Shown here: positions 13,571 to 25,600 of the stretch, in pieces
Position numbering within the stretch: position 1 is the stretch's first letter
Layout: the number at the start of each line of letters is the position of its first letter
Assembly: GCF_964204645.1 (NCBI RefSeq)
Contig: NC_134028.1
Location: forward strand, 8,246,001-8,310,000
Reading direction: 5' to 3'
DNA from: Tubulanus polymorphus
Lineage: Eukaryota; Animalia; Nemertea
Length of the DNA stretch: 64,000 bases
Notes under the pieces: generated by a model
Databases searched by the model: none
The model's input: only the letters and a program-made list of their open reading frames with translations
What the model was told of the DNA's origin: nothing
Position numbers and translations under genes: made by a program

Positions 13571-14053
13571 ATTATGTCATCCAGTCCACATTTAACGTAG
13601 AAATATTCTAAAACCTTCCTCATCCGATTAGTTTAATGAATAAATGTAGGCATAGAACCTTTCAATGACAATATACGTATGTTGTGTATATATATGTATA
13701 TATAATATGTTGTCGACTTAAAATCGTAAAAGCATGACGACATATGCAATGGAGCTTTTGAAATAACGCTTTGAACTTCTCAACATGTGCCTATACAAAC
13801 AAAAGAACATTTTTTTCGATTCCCCGGGAACAGACGTTATAAGGAGTGAGACCTCTTTATGTAACCTCTTTATGTCTTTTTGTTCAAAAATACATAAGGA
13901 GGTTACATAAAGAGGTCTCACCACAGACTAGAGTGAATTCGAAAAACAAAGAAAAACTATTTCTATTTCAAGATGTGGGTGATGAGCAAATAGTGAAAAA
14001 TAGTTAATTGTTTCGATGTGCGTGCAGGTGAACTTTATGAATCAAATTTTTAC

Positions 14054-14920
14054 TTAAAGACCACAGCCAATTTTTGCACAGAAATATTCGCGAATTTCTC
14101 GTCCCATCAAAAGATATATGTAAAAATTTATTAAATAGTTACAAACTTGGAACTGGGTGAATATATCATATAAGAGATATTTCCGTTGTGTGGAGATTGG
14201 TAAGATTGCAAAAATAGAAGCTGGATGTGTGAACATTGCGAATGCGAGTGAAACTGTTAAAAGCATTATTGTCGTGTCGTAAGTTTTGATTTTGCAGTTT
14301 TCTTATCAGACGAAACCATTTCTGAACGCTGGAATAACTGAACATGTGACAGAATTAGCTGTGATAATCAACGCCAATGGCCGATGAAAAACGTAGACAA
14401 CAAAAGAATTTGAATAATGCAAAGTAACATCCAAAATACTTGTCGGGAAAATGCAAGTCAGCAGTTGGTAGGAAATACAGGACCAGGGCATTCATTGCAC
14501 TTATTATGCGGATCGGGAAAATTTAGGCGTTCATATCAAACGAGACGTGAAGGGAAAGAGCACAACTGCCGCACGTTCCAGAGTTATAGCAACTATTATT
14601 AGCCAGGAACTACTGGCTGATGAAAGCGACATTGCAAATTCGTAGATTTGACAGCCGATCAAAGACGTCATGACTATCGAACCACTGCTTACTTGTAAGA
14701 GAATAGACTGTACCACGGGCATCAAAGCTAGATTGATACAGTACATCTTATCGGTAACCGACAAAACTATAAGACAGTTAGCGTAAGACAAATCCCGGAA
14801 TCTGCGGCTTACCATTATCAGGAAATTAGCTGAATTTCCCACAGCTCCTAACGCGAACAAGATCAGCGGAATGACCTATGACATAGTATGGTAACTACTG
14901 TATTTGTTTGCTACAGACAT
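14054..14920 (-). pseudogene. Intronless rhodopsin-class peptide-receptor-like GPCR pseudogene
   Basis: GAVGNSANF (TM1), LSVTD (TM2), CQIYEF...SSWLIIVAITLERAAVVLFPF (TM3), TKML...HP (TM6), NYLINFYIYLL (TM7). In-frame stops at ~14876-14878 and 14531-14533, and the frame is broken in the middle. Confidence 0.8.
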
Positions 14921-15699
14921 GATGGCTATATAACTGTTGTACGGTCGACAAATCGGTTTCAAAGTTGAATTTAAGACCGACGAGAATCGTCTAATTATGA
15001 AATTTCTTTCCGGTACAGAACTATCAGCGATATTCATTTATGATAATAAAGTCTTATAAGGTGACTCGTCATTTATTCTATATTGCTAACATAATTTAAT
15101 TCTAACAGAATATATGTTATTGTTAACACTGAACAAAAATCGATCCTCTAATATTGTACTCTCTATTTGTAAAAGTTTTCTGGCGGTAGCGACAATCTCG
15201 TAATTCAAATAATTGACGAAACTGTTTCAACGATCTCTAACTTCGTTATTTCATCTATCGACAGATCAGTAAAAAGTTGCATAAAATGATAAGCTTGTTA
15301 GAATGTTTATAAGTGAATTGAGATACAGCATGAAATACAAAGTTTAGACCAAGACGGTTTCTGTGTCCTTCTTGCGAGGTTTGAATCTAATGGCATTGTG
15401 AGCTCCATTTCATTTCAGTCAATTTCTTCACAGCGAATTAATGAAGTTGGAAATCATATTGGGTGTCGTCAGTCGATATTGCTGGGGATGGTGCGTTCTT
15501 TGGGAATTATGGGTTGAATCCGTATAATCAATTGTTTTTTTAAATGAAATATTCTCAAAATAGTAAATATGATACTATCAAAGATCAAAACGGTGCAGTG
15601 ATACATTTTCTGAAACAGTACGTACATGTTCATTCCATCAAACTAAGTTGTGATTTGAATGTCTGAACAATACTCTGAAGCTACCATTGTCATTGCGGT

Positions 15700-18600
15700 T
15701 CACGATGGTTTATTTCTCTTATCGTGTCTACTGGGTAGATCGTCCGGTAAAGGCTTGTTCTTCGTTTCTGGTATCAAGATAAAAACCAGAATTCCGGATG
15801 AGAACGAAACTGTTGCAAAAATTACGTACGGAATCGAACCGTGATAGGCTGCCTGAAATGAGAAATTTGTGTAATCTCCCTCAGTCAGATGCGAGTTAAT
15901 TTCGATTTTCATGTAAATTTCATTTTAGTTACAAAATGCACAAGATAAAGAACATGGGCTGACGATAACGTTTTCTGGAACCTCGCTATTCATGGAAGGT
16001 AGAACGGAAGATACGAGTGTGATACTTCAAAAGTGAATGGAAAATGCGGGAATCTGTATTTTTTCAAACTTTCCACACCTAGAATTCATCTCGGTTTAAC
16101 AGCGACTGCAGTGCCAATTCATCCAGAAATGGCAATCTGAGATAGATAAATCTAGTACCAGGTAAGTATAGAAAATTCAAGATTATATTTGACTGGGCCA
16201 GGATGCTTTCCAGGCAAGATTATACTGCTGTAAAACAAAATTTTCGAGTTTATTCCGGGTTTTTAACTTATACAATTATAAATTAGTTTTCTCGGTTAAA
16301 TGCGATTTTCGAGGTTTATTCCGAGTTTGCAACTCGGAATTAACTAGTTTTCTCAGTTACTAACTCGAAATAAACCTCAAAAATCGCATTTAACTGAGAA
16401 AACTAGTTTATTCCGAGTTAGAAACTCGGAATTAACCTCGAAAATTTTTTCATGTCCCCAGGACGCTTTCCGTAATTGTCACTCGTAGTTTCCATTGAAC
16501 ATTTATGTGACAAGGTGTATGAACCTCAATGGTGATAACTTATGCAAATTTTTTAATACAAAATGCGAAGCCAGTTTTATAGACCGGTTTTAACTTCAAC
16601 TCGGGGCTAACATTCGTTTCAATTGAGTAAACCACAGGTTGAAGATAATACCGAAAGCAGTAAACTGCTACAATATTGATTCCACTAATTTTCTTTTTTT
16701 CGCTCGACATGCATTCTTTATAGATATATTTCTTATATTAATGAATAAAAGAATAGAGCCCGCTGCAAAATCTTTCGTTTCTTAGGCCATCATATTTTGG
16801 CCACTTGGGTTATAAAAATATACATATACGTACGTTTACTAGAGTGTTGAAATGATCATTTGTGCTTAATATATTTGGTAAAAATATGGTGCAACTTTCA
16901 ATATCAAATAAAAATTGAAAATAGAATAGTCAGCAACTTAATGACTTACCAATAGAAAAATAAATGGAGCTATAACTGAGCCCAGTTTTATCGCCATACC
17001 AATAGAACCTGTGGCTATATTTCTGAAAGTTTTACAAAACCAAATTTTAATTAGTTATCATAATTTTAATGATCCTATCAATCAAAACTAGTCCTTGGCG
17101 TTGAAATAATGAGCATTCTCATCAATGACTGAATCATGAAAATATATCGAATTCGATTTCATGAAATTCTACCTCATAAGGGTGGGATATAGCTCCCAGC
17201 AGGCTATTCCTACTGCACACCAGCCTCCCGCCATCACTGATATTGATGCTAACGAAAAATAGGTAACGACCATTGGATTAGAGTGCGCCACTCCGGTTAC
17301 TTTCATAGTTAATATCACTATATGACAACAGCCGGTCAGTGAAATGAACAGCACATAACTCTTCACCCGACCGATCCTATTGATAGACAAAAATTGTGGT
17401 GTCGATTTGTAAGTACTAAAGCAACTAAGCTGCGCTATTGCATAGGTTACGTTGGCAAATACATACCAGTTAATTACATAGATAGATAGATAACCAACGA
17501 CGAACTCTCCGACGCCAGCAACGGCTACATTCAAATAGATATTTCCAGTAAGTGAACTTATTGAAGAGTTTATACCGTACCAGGCAATCGCTAAAGTGAG
17601 CCTTGAAAAAATTCAAATAAAAGATAGATAACGTGGCTTTTTGAAATAGTTGTTGCAAAAATATCTAGCAAGACAAAACATTTCAATGGTCTTACGATGC
17701 GTATATAAGAACGATTGTCCATATTGTCATCTTGCGGTTGTGGAATAAATCTAAATACGTGTACGGTACAGTTCTTTCCTGTCGTTTATTCTCAGTTCTG
17801 GCCACGTTTTCTAAAAATGTGTGCAAGTCCATTTCCGGCGAGAGACGATTAAACCATATAGCTTTTCGTATCCAATATTCAGCATCTTTGAATCGTCGCT
17901 TTTGTACAAGCCACCTGGAACTCTCAGGGAAGAAACTGGAAGATAATTGTGTTTATACGTATATTATACTTGACGCTCGTGGTAAGCTATAGAATACATC
18001 CTTTGGTTCGGTTCCCAATCCTGCTGAATGCGAAGGAGACCTCGCGTTTTTCGAGAACTTACAAATAATACAGTGGAAACAATGGAATAGTGATAAGTCC
18101 TACGGCCGTGGTTAAAGTCTGCCAATCTCTGCATAGATATGCCAACAATGCTATTAACGTGAGTGATATCTCCCAACTGAATCTCCAGGAAGCTATTATT
18201 CTCCATTTAGGACTCATCCATTCCAAACTTAGGACCGGAGATATGCAATGCATAGCACCTGTTCCAAAAAAATAAAGAGTGAAATACCGGTGATCTTTTA
18301 CTTTCCAAGAAATGAATTAGGATTACGTGCGCATTCAATGTTTCATTTTCAAACTACTTACCGGCAAAAATACCGGTTATTACTCGTATAACGCAGTAGA
18401 CATAATAGTTGGGACAAAACCTTAAACAAGTTTGAAAAATCGACAACAAAATCCACACTGTAAATAGCGACCATCTTCTTCCGAACGTATCAGAAACTTG
18501 ACCTCCAGCGATCGACCCGATAGCCAAAGCGACGAAAAATATGCTGATGATAGTTTTCGCTTTCCAGAGCTCTCCACAAACAAGGCTCCACTAAAAACAA

Positions 18601-20371
18601 AAAAAATTATTTAATCGAGTAAAGTTGTCATTTTTGCAATGCGCCGTTCTCGATGACGAAATGCCTTGTGATATGAAATCTTTAATTTTTCAGAAAGGCG
18701 TTCTTTAATTTTCATTATTTGCTTCAAATAGAGCTTTCAGTGGCCATTTTTCATGGCAAAAGGATGTCACAACGTCACTGTTTTCACTAAGCGTCGTATC
18801 TCAAAAATATTTTATTTTTCACAAATGGCATTTGATAATCGGGAAATGTGTGGTAGCTCGATCGGTATAGATATTCATGTCATCTCAACCTAATATCGGC
18901 CAAAATGGAACGGTTTACCTTAATTACCATACGGTGTTTTTGTTTTTAGTCAAGCTCCAAGAATTGTCCAAATTTAGGGGGCCAAAGTTGTGCATCGGTT
19001 ATTTTATGATTTTTCACCAGATACGACACCTTATCCTTAGATACGCCAGTTAGTGAAAAACAAAACTGCCTGTTTTTGTAGATACGTCTCTCTATCAAAC
19101 ACACAATTATATGCATTCAGATATGAATGATACCTCATTCTTCGAATTTTTAAGCAAACTATAACTCATTGAGTCTCAAATTAAACAATATTTCAATTTG
19201 ATAGCAATTTTTCACATATATCAACAATCTTTAACTTCCTATTGTTAACCCTGTTTAGCAATGATGAGGTTAACTACAAGAATTACTACTTAGGAACGGC
19301 GATACAATTAATCATGTTCCTCTGGGCGTGCTCCATGTTAAATAACTCCATTTGAACTTATTTGGCTTATTTTCTACTGTGGCAATTAAGATTAGATAAG
19401 ATACGTGTCTTAGTGAAAAATGATTAAGATCGTGATTTCATATGATTTTGTTTCACTAAGTGGCGTATCTAAACTTACGTCGGTTAGTGAAAAAATGATT
19501 TTACGATGAATATGAGATACGTCATACAGGGTTCTATATACGTCAAAAACCAAAAGAGGTACAATCCTATTCACTTTTGGTATGGATTAAGTATGCACTT
19601 CCCCCATCTTTCTAATGGATTAAACTCAAAAATCAATTTTTTGGAGATACGTCGGTTAGTGAAAACAGCGACGACAAATTGTATTGTTTCGTTAAAAAAT
19701 CAAAAATTTGGTAACATATGCAGCAAATACACTTGGATTGAAAATACCGTAAAGAGTTCCTTTACCTGGTCTAATTTTCAATTAATTTTCAGATATTTAG
19801 CTAAAGTGTAATGTAATTAGTAGACCACCATCATTGAGTTGGATCCTGCAGCTGGTTCATCAGTTCTTGTTCAAATTTGGCAGTTAACAATTTAGCAGTT
19901 GAACAAGTCCTTATTTGGTGAATGAATCCAAGTTTAGAGTGAATTCGGAACTGTGGAGCTGCAGATTAAAGTAGTAAAGCGTGACCGATTTGTAAAGGAA
20001 ACCTTTACCTCGGTGAGTGCTGATGTCAACGTCGGGTTGAAAGTTCGGTTGATACAAACTAAATCCTCAGTTGTGCAGAATCCATCAGTAGAATTCGGCA
20101 TCGATGAATTGACGCATGAATTTTCGCACTCGATACTCGCGCATTTCCATCCGGGATCAGCGCATTCAAATATAAAATACATCACCGATAATGTACCACT
20201 TGACTCCATCACATTTGCCATGACGTAAACCAATAATTGATAGAAACCCAAGTCGCCTAACGTCTCGAATAAATCATCGAATTCTGAGTTTTGTCCGGAT
20301 TTTTGTATATCTTCACCGTTGATAAAAGTAGTTTCTTCTTCAAGGTCCGGGTTATATTTTACGCCGTCCAT
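15700..20371 (-). CDS. SLC22-family organic ion transporter copy D (8 coding exons, apparently intact)
   Basis: Exon 1 is 20009-20371. Further exons at ~18362-18590, 18063-18258, 17696-17935, 17468-17601, 17173-17376, 16950-17022 and 15700-15852, with canonical splice sites and the same motifs. Confidence 0.85.
18774..19672. mobile_element. Non-autonomous DNA transposon (~900 bp) in intron 1 of copy D
   Basis: TIR GTCACTGTTTTCACTAAGCGTCGTATCTC / GAGATACGTCGGTTAGTGAAAACAGCGAC, with internal subrepeats AGATACG...TTAGTGAAAAA. Confidence 0.7.
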
Positions 20372-21168
20372 TTTGCTATCTCATTCAGTTCACACGAACG
20401 TTACAGATATTCTTTCGACTTCTCAGGGAAAAAGTTTGCACTCGACAGGTATTCAGTCGTTCGATGAATATATTTAGCCATAAGCTTTTTAATGCCAATT
20501 TTTAAACAATCCTTACACATATAAGCCGTAGGTCTTTTGAAATAAAGCCCTATAGAGAGCGTGCTAAAAGGAGCTTCCACAAACAAAAGGACATTTACGA
20601 TCTTTTGGAATCAGACATTGAAGTGATCATTTAGGTGGAACTGGTTCCTCGAAACCTAGATATCTGCTTGGAGTGTTAAGGATTGCCACAGTATCAATAG
20701 CTCACGTGCAGGCAGCATCTTTGCAGGTGCTCCGAGATTGCTTTTATTGGGGTTCACCGAATAGAATGAACTCCCGCTGGATAGTTTAAGTCATTCGACA
20801 TTTTTAATGAATCCGTTGGAAGTTACATGTTACATAGTTACAATTCGTCCAATTGTTCATGTATGATTACTGTAGGCTACTAATTGGGCATCCACAGACT
20901 CTAGGCGAATTTATAAAAACAATAAGAAAACTATTTCTAGTTTTCCAAATGTGTGTCATTACATGAGCAAATAGAATAATGACAATTTAGTTTTTTCAAT
21001 GTGCGTTATATTTATCTTTATTGAAAGAACTTGTCTATTTTAATGCTATCCCACAACCATTTAATTACCTTTCATTACCTTTTTAATTCAAGCCTTTTTA
21101 ATTAACTTTTTATACATATCTAGTTTATTTACTTCATTCATATTCGCATTCAAATTCATCATTGCGGT

Positions 21169-22028
21169 TCACGATGGTTCATTTTTCTTATCGTGTCTGG
21201 GTAGATCGTCCGGTAAAGGCTCGTTCTTTGTTTCTGGTATTAGAGAAAAACCAAAATTGTGGATGAGAACGAAACCGACGCAAAAATTACGTACGGAATC
21301 GAATCGTGATAGGCTGTCTGAAATGAAAAATGGATGATATCTCCCTCAGTCAAATTCGAGCAAAATATCGATTTAATTTCATTTCAATTACAAAATGCAC
21401 AAGATAAAGAACGGGAGAGACGATAACGTTTTCTGAAATATCGCCATTCTTGGAAAGTTTAAACGGAAAAGACGAGCTTGCTGCTTCAAAAAGGGAAAAC
21501 GCGGGCTGGTGAGGAACTATTCATCAGCAACTAACTTTCATTAGCAAATAGACTTGAAAGTAGAATTGTCACCGACTTCATGACTTACCGATTGATAAGG
21601 TAGGCTAAAGGTCACATTACCTCTGTGAGCGCTTATGTTAAAGTCGGGTTGAAAGTTCGGTTGATACAAACTAAATCCTCAGTTGAGCAGAATCCATCAG
21701 TAGAATTCGGCAGTGATGAATTGACAGATGAATTTTCGCACTCGATACTCGCACTTTTCCATCCGGGATCAGCGCATTCAAATACAAAATACATCACCGA
21801 TAATGTAGCGCTTATTTCTAACAAATTCGACATGACGTAAACCAACAATTGATAAAAACCTAAATCACCTAACGTCTCGAATATATCATCAAATTCCGAG
21901 TTTTGTGCGGATTTTTGTATCTCTTTACCTTCGATGAAAGTAGTTTCTTCTTCGTCTTCGTCAATCCCTTCACCGTTGATAAAATGAGTTTCTTCTTCAA
22001 GGTCCAGGTTATTTTTGACGACTACCAT
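21169..22028 (-). pseudogene. SLC22 copy E: exon 1 plus last exon only (exons 2-7 deleted)
   Basis: Exon 1 (~21622-22028) has TCA>TAA at 21633-21635 and two loop Cys>Ser changes (WKSAS, ENSS). A terminal-exon remnant at 21169-21317 lies only ~300 bp away. Confidence 0.8.
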
Positions 22029-22605
22029 ATTCCTATTTCGTTCAGTTCACACTAACGTAACAGCTATTCGTAAACCTCACAAATAAGGGAAGGAAAGTTC
22101 TCACTCGACTAGTTCAATGAATAAATGTGGGAAATGAATAAATGAATAGATGAAAACGTGTTGCTTAATATCTGATTCCAGGGAATCGAAAAATGCTGGT
22201 GCGTTACTTGCTAGTCGGAATGGTGTGTTCTATATGCGCGCAGTACATCAGCGAAAATGTTAAAGACGTGACATGAAAAATTGATATCCGAACGAAGCGA
22301 AAAATTAATTTAAGCATTTAAAGATGTAATTGGACATCGATATGTGTGACCGCAACTCTTGCGTTTAGATGGTTATAATGCGAATATGATCGTTTGAGTG
22401 ACAGCGAACACTAATTAAAAGACGGAAAAAATCTAAATGCAAAATAGGTCGATTCTAAAATTGCTGGGTGAAGTAAATAAGTCGTTTGATGAGTAAGAAA
22501 TTTAGGATTCTAAATCATTTATGAATAGTACTTGAAGGTCTGTGGACAACCGAGCAGAATTTGAATCGTGAAGGAATTTCGTTCATTGTATCGTGCTGAT
22601 GTTCA

Positions 22606-25600
22606 ATGGCGCACCGACTTCGAGCGCTGTTGATAGCGTCGCTGATCGTCAGTCAAGCTCGCATCGCACGCGCTGATCGCGCAGACTCTATCGAGGAATC
22701 GTCTGTGGCGGTAAGTTCGTCTTGTAACACCACGTGGTACCCTATAGATTCTACGTCCGGTTACATCGTTTCACCGAATTATCCTTCGTTAACGCGCGGA
22801 GTTGAATGTCGTTGGTTCATCAACAGCTCTTTGCCGGGAACTTTTCACGTCCGGGTTTACTACGATATTGAGCCGACAATATTCTGTGGTGATAACTACC
22901 TTCTCGTATACGAGTCTAATAACAGATTGTGCGGTGATGGAAAATATGAAATCCACCGTAACGATTCGATCTCGTTGGTGTTTAAAAGTAACGTCGATGG
23001 TGCGCGAGGTAGTCGGGTTTATATCACATATCGTTATGAACGAAGCCGATTGAAAATGATTCTCGACTGCAGCGACATCAATTCTAGTATAAACAAACTA
23101 CACACCTCAACTGGTTATAAATTCCTCATAAGAATAGGTAGCTGCCAGTTGTTTGTGGAATGGATCGGAATATCACGCGGTCATGCGATGAATCTCACGT
23201 TTATTCAGATGATAATGAAATCACATCCTACGCGTCAATCGGCGACCATTGCAATCCGCGACGGATGGAACAGCAACAGTGAACCTATCGCTCTTATGCG
23301 AGAACAAACCGGACATCCGCCTTCGTCATTTTATACTAAAACAAATAAAGCCATCATCACTTCGCTTCATCCTATAATTCAGTTCAAATTATCTGTAAAA
23401 ATCTACAAAATTTCAGATTGGAACGTCTCTAATCCGTTGATTCAGATCTCTAATAACGAGTCGGGAGTGCTCGTTCCCGATGACAGCAGTTTACACGTAA
23501 TAACTCGATCAAAACACTTACACTGCTGGTCTATCACAGCGCATGTTTTACAGTACGTCATCCTCAACTGGACACGTGATCTCGTCACATCCGGTGACGT
23601 CACTGATGTATATAAACTAGAAGGGTTACGTGTTGTAGGGACTGATATTTTACTCGGTTACAACTACCTCGAATCAGTGAGTGTTAAATCTGACGGCTTT
23701 CTCGTCATACTGTGCGCTTTAATGAACGGAGAACCATCGAAGTCACGAAAAGAAATTAACTTTAAAGTGAGATCACTATCGATAGATGATGTTCACGTCA
23801 CTAATCATCGGGTGAGTATTGATTCTAAACTATCAATGAAGCTGGTGAATCAGATCACGATCTAGAGATATAAACTGACTGGTAGACATTGATTTTATAG
23901 ATACGAGATGGAGTATTATGGCCCATGCCTGTTCGCTGGATTTTCCCGTTATCAAAAAAGAAAATACTAACGTACCGAATAAACACATTACTGTTGAAAT
24001 GGAAAGTTGATATTCGGGAAGAGAATTTAGAACTAAGAGTTTTATCAGAGAACTGCGAGCGAGCTGGATTTTACATATATGACGGTGGTAATTTCACGGC
24101 TAGACGCTACGGACCGTATTGTCCTCGTTTATCGGTATACGACCGTAACGTCGTCAGTCTGATTACATCAGGTGGATCGGTTACTGTAGTAGGATACGCT
24201 TATAACTGGGATGATCGGTTAACATATGTCGGTAAAGAATCATCTCTCGGATTTGGTCCTACAGACTGTGACTGGTATGTTTTCAAGAGGGGAGAACGTC
24301 GGATCAATATGACGTCGAATTGTCTCGTCATTTCACCTGAAAACCGACGCCATTCACTGAAAAGAATTTATATATTATCAGAACACGAATATCGAATTGA
24401 TAGTTGTTTTCGACATTGGTCACGATCTTGTCCTTGGGTAATAAGAATTATCAGTAAACGTCTAAATAAAAGCTTCGCTTTAACCACGGTATTATTCATG
24501 GCCAGTGGGAGTTTGTTCTGGAGTGCTCCACTAATTATAAAACTACGACATAAATGTTTAGGATCAAAAAAGCCTGTTGACAGATTAGACTTAACAATAA
24601 GTAGATTTTCAATAACAGCCGAGGATGAATGCGGACTGGTTGAGTCACCTAACTACCCGACAAGGGCAGGACATACGTCGGTACCTTTATACTATAGATT
24701 TTCAAACCGTCGAAGAAAGATACTTCGATATTACAGATTTATAATCAAATTTATAGAACCGATTAGTTGTAACGCAAACGTCTTTGTGGAAAATGGCCCG
24801 ATACTTTTCATTCAAGAGATATCCTGGGCGAAAATTCGAACCCATCGTCGTATTACAATATGTGGAAATATGGCAACGATGGGACTCGTATTTCATAGTT
24901 TACTCGATAATCAATTGTATTTTGAAATACAGAAAATGATTGCAAAATTTCAAATACAATACGTTTCACGCCAGTCGTTGGCGATGGAGTATTCCAATGG
25001 TGCTCACTGTCAACAAGGATTTCTAGATTCGGGAATCTCTTGCGTGAAAAACATCAGAGATGAAATTCTGAATTGGGAGAATGCCGAATTGTACTGTAGA
25101 CAGAAGCATTCGGGACATCTACTCAGTATCAACTCAGAACAGGAAATGATTTTCATTAAAAAACTATTTGCTACGAGACCTCTGATCAACGAGGCGTATT
25201 CAAAGAAAGTGCTCATATTGATGATTGGATTAAAACTGCAGGTAAATTCGTAAACTGTTTTCATTCTCAAAAGTTTCCCCAGTTAATTTAACATTTTTTT
25301 TATATTTCTAGGCTAGAACTGGTTACATGTGGACTGATGGGAAGCCATTGAGCTACACTGAATGGTATGAACCGACAAATAACGACACGATACCAGCTGT
25401 TATTCAAGGATTGATATCTCCTCTTAGAAAGCAACCGATAAATGACGTCAATATGCCGTGTACAGCGATGATCCTGAATAATCCACGAGGATCGGCGAAC
25501 TGGGTTCGATTCCCTTGCAGAATTGAAGAGGTCCACACGAGTTTCATCTGCGAAACAGAAAGAATCGAAAAAATCGTGAATTGGACAAATAAAATACGAA

